From contig NIVC01003005.1 of assembly GCA_002269645.1 (NCBI GenBank), positions 1-64,000 on the forward strand: a stretch of DNA of 64,000 nucleotides, given 5' to 3'. The stretch comes from Macrostomum lignano (lineage: Eukaryota). The number at the start of each line of letters is the position of its first letter. The first letter of the stretch is position 1. The notes beneath the pieces are model-generated. The model was given only the letters and a program-made list of their open reading frames with translations. It had not been told where the DNA came from and made no database searches. A program made the position numbers and the translations under genes. Below, one piece after another: positions 25,595 through 43,027 of this stretch.

Positions 25595-26130
25595 GTGGGG
25601 GGCTGACCGGGAGAGGATGTACATTGGAGAGAAGTAGGAGTGGGGCTGCCCGGGAGAGGATGTACATTGGAGAGAGTAGGAGTGGGGCTGCCCGGGAGAG
25701 GATGTACATAGGAGAGAAGTAGGAGTGGGGCTGCCCGGGAGAGGATGTACATAGGAGAGAAGTAGGAGTGGGGCTGCCCGGGAGAGGATGTACATTGGAA
25801 CGAGTAGGAGTGGGGCTGCCCGGGAGAGGATGTACATTGGAACGAGTAGGAGTGGGGCTGCCCGGGAGAGGATGTACATTGAAGCGAGTAGGAGTTGGGG
25901 CTGCCCAGGAGAGTATGTACACTGGAGAGAGGAGTAGAGGCCGCCCGGGAGAGGATGTACATTGGAGAGAGTAGGAGTGGGGGCTGCCCGGGAGAGGATG
26001 TACATTGGAGCGAGTAGAAGTTGGGGCTGCCCATGAGAGGATGTACACTGGAGGGAGTAGGTATTGGGGCTGCCCGGGCGAGGATGTACATTGGAGCGAG
26101 TAGGAGTTGGGGCTGCCCGGGCGAGGATGT
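25595..26130. repeat. 42-43-bp minisatellite GGGGCTGCCCGGGAGAGGATGTACATTGGAGAGAGTAGGAGT
   Basis: Tandem copies 3' of ICA1. Confidence 0.95.
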
Positions 26131-26471
26131 ACATCGGGACACTAAGTTACAAGGGAAGTCACATAGGTCATAGAGTCACATCGGAAGTCACTTACATATT
26201 CGAAAGATACTGGATGAAAAGATCACAACAACATCCGGCAATATCTAGTAAGACTTATAATAATATAGTAAATCATAAAATGGTTTCTGTAATGCCATAT
26301 CAATGAGAATTTATAGAGCTTTAGCAGAAGTATAATCGAGCATTCGAAAAAAATCTTATTCGATTAGCTCTGCTAACAATCTTAGCTCGTAGCAATAACG
26401 CACAAAGCCACAATTTTGTAAAGCTTAATTAAGATCGTGCAAATTCCATCATCAAATAGCAATCCAGTTAT

Positions 26472-31170
<4,699 letters not shown>

Positions 31171-34100
31171 TGTTGTATAATTTTAATATGAAAGAAACCA
31201 ATGGAGCACAAAATTTTTAGTTAGATTCAATATATTCTGAAATCATATTAAGAAACATTTTGCAATGTAGAAGTTGAAGTATAAAAGAGTCTATATAGTC
31301 AAAATAAATACAAACATATATTTAATCATGTATAGTATAAAAATATCTTAATAACAACTAACAAATTTTAAACATTCCAAAATAAATAAAAGGATAAAAT
31401 GTATCTATCTATCTAGGTAATGAGACATGCAATTGATTTTAGTTAGAGTTATAAGTTGTAAGTTTTTGCTAAAAACCAATACTTATTTTATATATTATAT
31501 ATTTTTTAATCCATTATAGATTATTATTATATTTTATCTTTTTAAATACTTATATCAATTAAAAGTCAGAAATACTAGACTTTTGCTAAGCTTTAATTAT
31601 ACTAGACCATTATAAAAGCTTTTCAAATATAGATATTTTTTTATTCTTAGATTTTTAACATGTATCTATTTTTGTTGATTGAACAAAAACTGATATATTT
31701 TAAATTAGTTACTTATTAAATGTTTGTTTAAAGTTAGTTATAGTTATAGCTTATTTATAGTTATAATTATAGCTTAGTTAAAATTGATATTGATAAATAT
31801 AACTTATGGATAAATTTCAAATATATCAATTATTTAAAGATTGCATATAGAAAATCATAGACTTATTATTGATAAATTTATTTATGCAAACATGACCAAA
31901 TAGGACAATATAAAATAATTTTGATGTTATATTAGATATCTGCTATAGATGCGATAGAAATCATGCAAAACATACACTAGAACAAAATCAACTGGTTAAT
32001 AACTTAATGCCAAAGTAAGCCAAAGGTTTATGCCAAAGGTTTAGATAGAGATATGTGATAACTGTCTAAATTATTGAATTACTGAATGATAAATTCTTGA
32101 CTTATAAACAGCTGGATAAAAATTTATTGGTTACTTTATTGCTCTATCGGTGAAATAAAAACGGACTGTTGTATTGCAAATTGTATCTCAATGCTTTTAT
32201 GACAATTGACAACAGGACTATGACTTAGAGTGAGCAGAATATGAGCAACTATGAATTGAACCCTGTAATAGACTTGGTAAATATTAAACAAAGGGACCAT
32301 ACGAGCGTATTTTATAGAAATTAATAGAGAATAATCAAAGCCAAAATAATGCGGTTGCGTTGCATACTATTCCAAAAATGATTCACGAAAATAGAAATGT
32401 AAAGATGTAACTTTATGTTCGTCAACAAAATTTGAACATCCCTTGTTTAAAAAAAGAGAATGTGACGAATCTTTATGAATAGCCCTTATTCACAATAAAA
32501 AATTAGTCCTTATTCAGTTCAGGCTTTAGTTAAGTAAACTTTTGGATTTAAAAGTGCGAATTTTGTTTTCCTTCAATGCTGCGGAATTGGTAACTCATAA
32601 ATTTTAAATTTGCTTAACTTCGTAAATATCGTGTGACGAATAAGGCGGGAAGACGGTTTGTGTAGCGGTTAATTGGATAGTTCACGATTTAGATTTTGCA
32701 AATCGGCAAGCCGCTTTCACCCTTAGCGTTACTTTGAATCGTTATGCCTTGCAAAGATCCGGATTCAGTTGATTGGTTGGGGGCCGAAGTAGGCGGCGGG
32801 AGAGTTGAGGCAAGGAAGCCGGATAGCTAAGGGGTTCGCGAGCCTAGAGCGAGAAGCGAAGCAAAGAGGGAGCGCAGGGAGAGAGCGGCCGCTGACTGCT
32901 GCAAGTGTATATTTAATTGATAGGTAAACAGATAACAACACCCCTAATCCAAAAGCCAGACAAGCCCCCCACGCGCAATGTACATGTACAAATTAATCGA
33001 TAAAATGAGTTATCGTGCAAGAATATCACACGAGCGTAACGTCAATACATGTACATAGATATAACTACTTTCAGAGAAATAATAACGATATGAATGAAAT
33101 ACAAATATTTAAATCAATACATACAAGGCTACAAAAAACAAAAAATTTAACAGTAACATAAGCGCGTTAATAATACGTATAGAATATTCTTAAAATCATC
33201 ATGTTTTTCAATAGTATTAAATCTTTACCCAGTTTCGTAAAAATCTTTTGAACCGGTTGGCCGAAAATTTGCACCAAATTAAAGAATACAAGCAGTACGG
33301 TATGAATGAGAGATAAGGAAATACGATGCGCATATACTTCTACGAACTACACTGTCACAATCGGTTCCCATTTTCGCCAATAGCCAACTGTAACTGCACA
33401 TTGATTTGAGCAATATTGGACCTGCTGTTGTAATGTGAACCGGCCTTTAATGGCCAAATGGTAAGGACCAGCCTTTAATCATGATTTCAAAATAATTCTT
33501 TGTAAGGAAAAAAACACGGTACGCTTTTCGACAACATTGAAAACGGTATTTGTATTTAGCTCAAGACTGAAAGATTCAGTTAAACGATTCTTTCAATACC
33601 TTCTGAAAAGCGAGGATAATTTCGTCGTAAAAATATTTTGTTGGTGTTTGAAACAAAAACGCACCAGTACATGTACAACAGCAATAAGTACAATAAAGAA
33701 ACCGGTTAAAACTCTGCACAGATAATTACATGCACCTAGCATGTAATAGAAAAACAATCAAACAGCCATATCGAGTGAAATCAAAATCTAATATAAAGGG
33801 CACAAGATTTGCTTTGTAAGCAATCGTTGAGAGAGAAGAGAGAATAGAAAAGCATGCAGATAATACCATTCATTTTTCAGAATTATCAAAGCTGTATCAG
33901 TCAGCTGCCACTCGACAGTGTGATGGGTATAAAATATTCATAAATTACAGACGGAGGTAAAGGTAAATATCAAAGATTAAAAAATAAGGATGTACAGTCA
34001 TATCTTGTTTTTTTTTCAAAAACAGCATTAGCAACAGCAAAAGCAATTAAATTTACTTTTCAAGCGATCGATTAGATACCTTGAACTGCCCGTATGGATT

Positions 34101-34339
34101 TAAAATAATATCCATTTATTTCCATTTCTTTCTGAAGCCTCTCATTAGCTAAATGTATAGCCTCACTATGTTTTAATCCCATAACAATTCTGGAAAATCC
34201 AAAGAATTAAAAAATTCTTAATTCTTATAAGAGTTCTAAAAGCTTCTAAAACAGTATCAATGTAATATTAGTTTGAAAACATAGAGCTAGTTTTATAATT
34301 ATCAATGAAACAGTTGTCACACTACACAGCGCAGCTGAA

Positions 34340-37300
34340 TCAGTAGACAGAATAGGGCGAGACCAGCTGCGCTAATCGCTTGTTGGTGTGCGAAAATATT
34401 GGACTAGCCGAGACGCGCAGGAATCTCGACCGGCTGTATTTGTCGCGGGCGCCGTGCAGCGTTGCCGTGCCGTTGCTAAGGGCAACTAGCAATCCGGCGT
34501 AGGCGGCAACGCAGGGCCGCAGCTCGGACTCTGAGCAGCGGCTGTAGTGCTGCAGGGTGGCATTCCAGGCCGGCAGGTCACGGAACATCAGGTGTCGGCT
34601 GAGCCAGATGCAAGCGGCAGCTTTTCTGGGCACAGTGCATAGGAAAGTACGACATGTACTATTAATAGCGGCTACTGCCACTGCTACTGCCATACTGCCA
34701 AAACTAATTAATGAGTGATAAGGCTGCTTGACACAATGGTTACTCATTGTCTATTAAAATCCTAAAATAATCGTACCAGCTCGTAGTGATCAACTGATAG
34801 ACAAAGGGGCAGTCAGTCACCCGATAGACCAAGGAGCAGTCAGTCACCCGATAGACAAAGGAGCAGTCAGTCACCCGATAGACAAAGGATCAGTCAGTCA
34901 CCCGATAGACAAAGGAGCAGTCAGTCACCCGATAGACAAAGGAGCAGTCAGTCACCCGATAGACAAAGGAGCAGTCAGTCACCCGATAGACAAAGGAGCA
35001 GTCAGTCACCCGATAGACAAAGGATCAGTCAGTCACCCGATAGACAAAGGAGCAGTCAGTCACCCGATAGACAAAGGAGCAGTCAGTCACCCGATAGACA
35101 AAGGATCAGTCAGTCACCCGATAGACAAAGGAGCAGTCAGTCACCCGATAGACCAAGGAGCAGTCAGTCACCCGATAGACAAAGGATCAGTCAGTCACCC
35201 GATAGACAAAGGAGCAGTCAGTCACCCGATAGACAAAGGAGCAGTCAGTCACCCGATAGACAAAGGAGCAGTCAGTCACCCGATAGACAAAGGAGCAGTC
35301 AGTCACCCGATAGACAAAGGAGCAGTCAGTCACCCGATAGACAAAGGAGCAGTCAGTCACCCGATAGACAAAGGATCAGTCAGTCACCCGATAGACAAAG
35401 GAGCAGTCAGTCACCCGATAGACAAAGGAGCAGTCAGTCACCCGATAGACAAAGGATCAGTCAGTCACCCGATAGACAAAGGATCAGTCAGTCACCCGAT
35501 AGACAAAGGAGCAGTCAGTCACCCGATAGACAAAGGAGCAGTCAGTCACCCGATAGACAAAGGAGCAGTCAGTCACCCGATAGACAAAGGAGCAGTCAGT
35601 CACCCGATAGACCAAGGATCAGTCAGTCACCCGATAGACAAAGGAGCAGTCAGTCACCCGATAGACAAAGGAGCAGTCAGTCACCCGATAGACAAAGGAG
35701 CAGTCAGTCACCCGATAGACAAAGTACAGTCACCCGATAGACAAAGGAGCAGTCAGTCACCCGATAGACAAAGGAGCAGTCAGTCACCCGATAGACAAAG
35801 GAGCAGTCAGTCACCCGATAGACAAAGGATCAGTCAGTCACCCGATAGACAAAGGATCAGTCAGTCACCCGATAGACAAAGGAGCAGTCAGTCACCCGAT
35901 AGACAAAGGATCAGTCAGTCACCCGATAGACAAAGGAGCAGTCAGTCACCCGATAGACAAAGGATCAGTCAGTCACCGATAGACAAAGGAGCAGTCAGTC
36001 ACCCGATAGACAAAGGAGCAGTCAGTCACCCGATAGACAAAGGATCAGTCAGTCACCCGATAGACAAAGGAGCAGTCAGTCACCCGATAGACAAAGGATC
36101 AGTCAGTCACCCGATAGACAAAGGATCAGTCAGTCACCCGATAGACAAAGGAGCAGTCAGTCACCCGATAGACAAAGGATCAGTCAGTCACCCGATAGAC
36201 AAAGGAGCAGTCAGTCACCCGATAGACAAAGGATCAGTCAGTCACCCGATAGACAAAGGAGCAGTCAGTCACCCGATAGACAAAGGATCAGTCAGTCACC
36301 CGATAGACAAAGGATCAGTCAGTCACCCGATAGACAAAGGAGCAGTCAGTCACCCGATAGACAAAGGATCAGTCAGTCACCCGATAGACAAAGGAGCAGT
36401 CAGTCACCCGATAGACCAAGGAGCAGTCAGTCACCCGATAGACAAAGGAGCAGTCAGTCACCCGATAGACAAAGGAGCAGTCAGTCACCCGATAGACCAA
36501 GGAGCAGTCAGTCACCCGATAGACAAAGGATCAGTCAGTCACCCGAAAGACCAAGGAGCAGTCAGTCACCCGATAGACAAAGGATCAGTCAGTCACCCGA
36601 TAGACAAAGGAGCAGTCAGTCACCCGATAGACAAAGGATCAGTCAGTCACCCGATAGACCAAGGAGCAGTCAGTCACCCGATAGACAAAGGAGCAGTCAG
36701 TCACCCGATAGACAAAGGATCAGTCAGTCACCCGATAGACAAAGGAGCAGTCAGTCACCCGATAGACAAAGGAGCAGTCAGTCACCCGATAGACAAAGGA
36801 GCAGTCAGTCACCCGATAGACAAAGGATCAGTCAGTCACCCGATAGACCAAGGAGCAGTCAGTCACCCGATAGACCAAGGATCAGTCAGTCACCCGATAG
36901 ACAAAGGAGCAGTCAGTCACCCGATAGACAAAGGAGCAGTCAGTCACCCGATAGACAAAGGATCAGTCAGTCACCCGATAGACCAAGGAGCAGTCAGTCA
37001 CCCGATAGACAAAGGAGCTGTCAGTCACCCGATAGACAAAGGAGCAGTCAGTCACCCGATAGACCAAGGATCAGTCAGTCACCGATAGACGAAGACCCAG
37101 TAAACCGACAGGCAAGTAAAGCCTGGCACACGGAAGGACACACCTGGACGCAGGCTGGTGCGCCAAGTCGAGGTCCAGCAGGCCTAAATCGGCGATGTAG
37201 GCGCAGCAGACCCTGTGGAGGCTCAACTTGCCGTCTCCGTGCTGCTGATCGCGCAGGTCGCAGGCGGACGCTTCCAATAGGCGAGCCAGGAACTGCGTGA

Positions 37301-40300
37301 CAGTTGGCGAATGCAGCCGGAACTCCAGCGCCTCAAGCACGGAAAGTTCCATGCGCAGAAATTCCTTATTAGTGTAGGCATTGTCTGTTAAATAGACAAG
37401 CTTGGATACTTTTGGCGGAAATCTTTCCACAACTTTGCAAGCAATGAAAAAGCAGACAGAAGCAACCAGCTGGTAGAGCCGTTCGGAGAATGGCAGCCTG
37501 AGGCAGGCGTGGTCGGCTAAAGCGACGCCAAGGTGTAGCGAATCGGTGCTGCATCGTTCGTGAACCTGCACCTGCAGGCGAGAATAGCATGCATCTTATA
37601 AGACTACAAAGACTTATTACCGTAATGTAACATCTCATTTTTAATATTGATATATAGAATAATAGAGCATTTCACAAGGCTTTCTTTAACAAGACACTCT
37701 CAAACACGCTTCACAGATCACTCTGCACAAATCACTCTTCACAAATCACTCTGCACAAATCACTCTTCACAAATCAAATCACTCTGCACAGATCACTCTG
37801 CACAAATCACTCTGCACAAATCACTCTTCACATATCACTCTTCACAAATCAAATCACTCTGCACAGATCACTCTGCACAAATCACTCTTCACAAACATAC
37901 ATGCGCAACCTCCAAAATTCGGTCGGCCATGCGACTTAGTTTTAACAAAAATGCGACGTAGTTTTTGGCCAAAAATGCGACTTACATGTAAAAAAACCCT
38001 AACGCAAAATTAACGCAACTTTGGGTAAACGGCAGGAGTAACTATGACTGTCTTATTAAGTCAAAATGCCTCGTCAGCTACTTAGTACTACTACTTTGCG
38101 TTTTTTTCGGGTGGGCATTTTTGCGACTTCCTTGGTTGGCCGCCAAATCGGTCGGCCGGATCGGCCGACTCGGCCGACTGTTGCGCATGTATGTTCACAA
38201 ATCACTCTGCACAAATCACTCTTCACAAATCACTCTGCACAAATCACTCTGCACAAATCACTCTTCACAAATCAAATCACTCTGCACAGATCACTCTGCA
38301 CAAATCACTCTGCACAAATCACTCTTCACATATCACTCTTCACAAATCAAATCACTCTGCACAGATCACTCTGCACAAATCACTCTTCACAAATCACTCT
38401 GCACAAATCACTCTTCACAAACCACTCTGCACAAATCACTCTTCACAAATCACTCTGCACAAATCACTCTTCACAAATCAAATCACTCTGCACAGATCAC
38501 TCTGCACAAATCACTCTGCACAAATCACTCTTCACAAATCAAATCACTCTGCACAAATCACTCTTCACAAATCACTCTGCATAAATCACTCTGCACAAAT
38601 CAATCTTCACAAATCACTCTGCACAAATCACTCTTCACAAATCACTCTGCACAAATCACTCTTCACAAATCACTCTGCACAAATCACTCTTCACAAATCA
38701 CTCTGCACAAATCACTCTTCACAAATCACTCTGCACAAATCACTCTGCACAAATCACTCTTCACAAATCACTCTGCACAAATCACTCTTCACAAATCACT
38801 CTGCACAAATCACTCTTCACAAATCACTCTGCACAAATCACTCTTCACAAATCACTCTGCACAAATCACTCTGCACAAATCACTCTTCACAAATCAAATC
38901 ACTCTGCACAAATCACTCTTCACAAATCACTCTGCATTAATCACTCTGCACAAATCAATCTTCACAAATCACTCTGCACAAATCACTCTTCACAAATCAC
39001 TCTGCACAAATCACTCTGCACAAATCACTCTGCACAAATCACTCTTCACAAATCACTCTGCACAAATCACTCTTCACAAATCACTCTGCACAAATCACTC
39101 TTCACAAATCACTCTGCACAAATCACTCTTCACAAATCACTCTGCACAAATCACTCTGCACAAATCACTCTTCACATATCACTCTTCACAAATCAAATCA
39201 CTCTGCACAGATCACTCTGCACAAATCACTCTTCACAAATCACTCTGCATAAATCACTCTGCACAAATCACTCTGCACAAATCACTCTTCACAAATCACT
39301 CTGCACAAATCACTCTTCACAAATCACTCTGCACAAATGAATCTGCACAAATCACTCTGCACAAATCGCTCTTCCTAAATCAATCTGCACAAATCAATCA
39401 CCAAAAATCACTCAACACAAATCATTCATCAAAAATCACTCAATACAAATCACTCACCAAAAATCACTAAACACAAATCACTGCACTCAATAAAAATCAG
39501 TCACCAAAAATCACAGCACTTAACAAAAATCACTCACCAAAAATCACTCAACACAAATCACTCACCAAAAATCACAGCACTCAACGCGAACACGAATCAC
39601 TCCGGAAAAATCACTCTTCACAAATCACTCAGTCACTCAATACAGGCAGCTTTTACAGTGTAAAAACTTTATCCATAAGCTTACAAGTACCTGCAACAGC
39701 CAGTCGTTAATAACGCCACGAAATTCGCACTTCCCGGATCCAATTAGCACAGAAAATCCCAGCGGAAGTCGGTAGGAAGCCTCGCTTTCAAAAAGTTGGT
39801 CCATCACTTCCGGCCAGTAGGGCTGCGACACCTTGCAGCTATAGAACGGATTGGAGCGGCATGTCACGAATAGAAAAAGTACAGCCTAAGATTAAAAAGC
39901 ACAACAACAACAGGCGCTGTGAGCTGGACGTACGGTTTCAGGAGCCCACTAAAACATCTGGAGGTGCTGGGGTGTCAGGAGCACACTAAAACATCTGGAG
40001 GTGCTGGGGTGTCAGGAGCACACTAAAACATCTGGAGGTGCTGGGGTGTCAGGAGCACACTAAAACATCTGGAGGTGCTGGGGTGTCAGGAGCACACTAA
40101 AACATCTGGAGGTGCTGGGGTGTCAGGAGCACACTAAAACATCTGGAGGTGCTGGGGTGTCAGGAGCACACTAAAACATCTGGAGGTGCTGGGGTGTCAG
40201 GAGCACACTAAAACATCAGGCATTGGGTGTTAGGAGCACACTAAAACATCAGGCATTGGGGTGTTAGGAGCACACTAAAACATTATGTATTGGGGTGTCA

Positions 40301-40675
40301 GGAGCACATTAAAACATCAGGCATTGGGGTGTCAGGAGCACATTAAAACACTAAGTGTTGGAGCTTGAGTAGGGCATAGTCAATAAATCATCAGGACCGT
40401 GTCACTTACTTGTTAGCGTCAATATCCTTAGCTTCCGCCGCAACCGCTGCTGCAGCCGCAGCCGCTGCTGCTCTAAGCGCCAACTGCAAGCTGGACCGGC
40501 TGCTGCTCGCCGCGCTGCATTTCGACTTGGCCTTGGTTACCCTACTGCCGTTGCTACTGGCAACCGAAGCGCGAGAATTGGCGCCTGCCATTGGGCCTCC
40601 GCCGCAGGCTGCGCTACTGTTCTCTTTGTCAATGAGAACCATCTTGTTCGAGCGAGCATTGTGTCTTGTAAGCAT
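34340..40675 (-). CDS. Divergent A/B-type cyclin (possibly cyclin P/CNTD2-like)
   Basis: Inferred exons: 40675-40410, 39838-39691, 37571-37144, 34625-34340. N-terminal KEN motif. Cyclin box FRGVINDWLLQVQVHERCSTDSLHLGVALADH...QLVASVCFFIACKVVERFPP...YLTDNAYTNKEFLRMELSVLEALEFRL. Cyclin_C-like tail KAAACIWLSR...WNATLQHYS...DKYSRSRF. Confidence 0.85.
34795..37090. repeat. 27-bp minisatellite GATAGACAAAGGA(G/T)CAGTCAGTCACCC
   Basis: About 85 highly homogeneous copies filling cyclin intron 3. Confidence 0.98.
37896..38193. mobile_element. Non-autonomous hAT-type MITE inserted in a cyclin-intron minisatellite
   Basis: Perfect 14-bp TIRs CATACATGCGCAAC / GTTGCGCATGTATG. 8-bp direct repeat TTCACAAA at 37888-37895 and 38194-38201. 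Subterminal TGCGAC and GGTCGGCC/GGCCGAC motifs. Confidence 0.8.
38023..38086 (+). pseudogene. Degenerate 64-nt fragment of 28S rRNA (H69-H71 region) inside the MITE
   Basis: GGGTAAACGGCAGGAGTAACTATGACTGTCTTATTAAGTCAAAATGCCTCGTCAGCTACTTAGT aligns without gaps to the remembered eukaryotic 28S sequence GGGTAAACGGCGGGAGTAACTATGACTCTCTTAAGGTAGCCAAATGCCTCGTCATCTAATTAGT; 53/64 identical by hand count. Confidence 0.85.
39945..40350. repeat. 37-bp minisatellite CAGGAGCACACTAAAACATCTGGAGGTGCTGGGGTGT
   Basis: Tandem copies in cyclin intron 1. Confidence 0.96.
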
Positions 40676-42054
40676 GCTAAATTCAAATTTAAATTAAATT
40701 AATTTCACTGCTTGTTGCGCCGCTGCGGTTCAAATCAGTCTTCAAGGAATCAAGTTAGAGCATATAAGATGTTTCGTTTCTCTCTCTCTCCCAGTTTGCG
40801 ACTTTCAATTTTGGCAATTAAATTACACTCTATATAGAGGCGTATTGCCCTAAAACTACACGGTTCAATTATTGGAGAAACCCTATTAGTTCTACCCCGC
40901 CCGCGCTCACACTCAGGTCTTTGAAGGGGGACGAGATTGAGTGTACATTGCTGTCTGCCTAGCCAGTTTTACTCGCCAACCCCAACCCCCATAAAACCAA
41001 TTCAGCCAATCAGCGACAAGGGGGAATTTTATTACCAAACCATGCTGACAGACGAGGAAAAACTGAATGTACACTGTGCCGTGTACATATCCCTCGAGAA
41101 GAATTTTTAGCATGTACATAGCGTAGATTATTTAACCAACACCATGGGGTAGAAGCTTTTTATGTGAAACTCTCCCCAAGCCCCTAAACTCCAAACAATT
41201 ATCTGATGGATGATTTATTTTACTTGTATTGACTTTGTCGTGGTAGTTAAGTCCTACTGAAGTCATTTAATGACAAATTCATGTATGAAAAAAAAACAAA
41301 AAACGAACGGATTAATGATGATTTGTGTTCCTTGTTTTTCCTCAGAAAGGTACAGTTTTACTGTTAATATTGAGTCAGCTAAGCAAAGCATTATAATTAT
41401 ATTAAGATTTCGTTTGACAAAACGCGTTGCAATAAAATAATGAAATGTAAATATTGCAAGCTTAGTGAATGGTCATTGGTTTACTGTTATAGTAATAGTA
41501 TTTACAAAAATGTAAAGCACAAGCATATAAATCAGATGCATTGCTAAGCTAAACAAATACACAGATTGTTGATCCGTTCATAAGCAAAGGCGGATAACAA
41601 TTAACAAAAATCTTTAAATTCGAGCCAGTTGAATTGGTCAGTATGTAGTGACATTTAAAATACAAATGTAAATTTAAGCTACGCTTGTAAAATGACTTTA
41701 TGAGATTATTAATAATTTTTGTGTAGCATCAGAACAATTTATAATTAACGCAGGTAAAGAAAACAAGTAATCGACTAATTTTTCTGGCCCTACACACTGT
41801 GTCTACTACAAGTAGCACGAAATACACAAAATTACAGTGGAAAGTTGTAAAAACAATATAATGTATTCGGAAAACAGAGTCAACACTATTTATGCTGTCC
41901 GACGGTAAACACAATTTAGCAAAAAGCAAATTTTGCAAAAATTTGAGAAAAATCATCAACTCCAGCTAATGGTTCATGCAGAAAAAAGTGTAATTATTAA
42001 ATAAAAATTATTGACATTTTAATTGACTACTTACTTATGAAGTAGATGCGATTT

Positions 42055-42980
42055 TCTAGGCTGGGGATGTACAGGGATGGGAGATTCTCTAGGCTGGGGA
42101 TCTAAAGGAGTGGGAGATTCTCTAGGCTGGGGATCTATACGGAGGGGATATTCTCTAGGCTGGGGATCTACAGGGATGGGAGATTCTCTAGGCTGGGAAT
42201 GTACAGGGATGGGACATTCTCTAGGCTGGGGATGTTCAGGGATGGGAGATTCTTTAGGCTGGGGATCTAAAGGAGTGGGAGATTCTCTAGGCTGGGGATC
42301 TATACGGAGGGGATATTCTCTAGGCTGGGGATCTACAGGGATGGGAGATTCTCTAGGCTGGGGATCTATCGGGATGGGAGATTCTCTAGGCTGGGGATCT
42401 ATCGGGATGGGATATTCTCTAGGCTGGGGATCTATCGGGATGGGAGATTCTCTAGGCTGGGGATCTATCGGGATGGGATATTCTCTAGGCTGGGGATCTA
42501 TCGGGATGGGAGATTCTCTAGGCTGGGGATCTATACGGAGGGGATATTCTCTAGGCTGGGGATCTACAGGGATGGGAGATTCTCTAGGCTGGGGATCTAT
42601 CGGGATGGGAGATTCTCTAGGCTGGGGATTTATCGGGATGGGAGATTCTCTAGGCTGGGGATTTATCGGGATGGGAGATTCTCTAGGCTGGGGATCTATC
42701 GGGATGGGAGATTCTCTAGGCTGGGGATCTATCGGGATGGGAGATTCTCTAGGCTGGGGATCTACAGGGATGGGAGATTCTCTAGGCTGGGGATCTATCG
42801 GGATGGGAGATTCTCTAGGCTGGGGATTTATCGGGATGGGAGATTCTCTAGGCTGGGGATCTATCGGGATGGGAGATTCTCTAGGCTGGGGATCTATCGG
42901 GATGGGAGATTCTCTAGGCTGGGGATCTATCGGGATGGGAGATTCTCTAGGCTGGAGATCTATCGGGATGGGAGATTCTA
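42055..42980. repeat. 33-bp G-rich minisatellite CTCTAGGCTGGGGATCTATCGGGATGGGAGATT
   Basis: About 28 copies just 3' of the RING1 stop codon. Confidence 0.97.
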
Positions 42981-43027
42981 GCTTGGTGAAAAATTTTTGG
43001 TTTGACAATTCTAAAACAACCTGTCAT

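Larger units (their letters stand above)
37690..39630. repeat. 14-bp minisatellite CACAAATCACTCT(G/T), interrupted by a MITE
   Basis: Tandem copies in cyclin intron 2. Confidence 0.97.

Noticed and set aside
38023-38086. Functional rRNA gene
   Set aside because: Only 64 nt, mutated, inside a MITE, with no flanking rDNA.
40676-40740. CHR cell-cycle elements (TTTGAA) upstream of the cyclin
   Set aside because: AT-rich context, no adjacent CDE, and the TSS is unknown.
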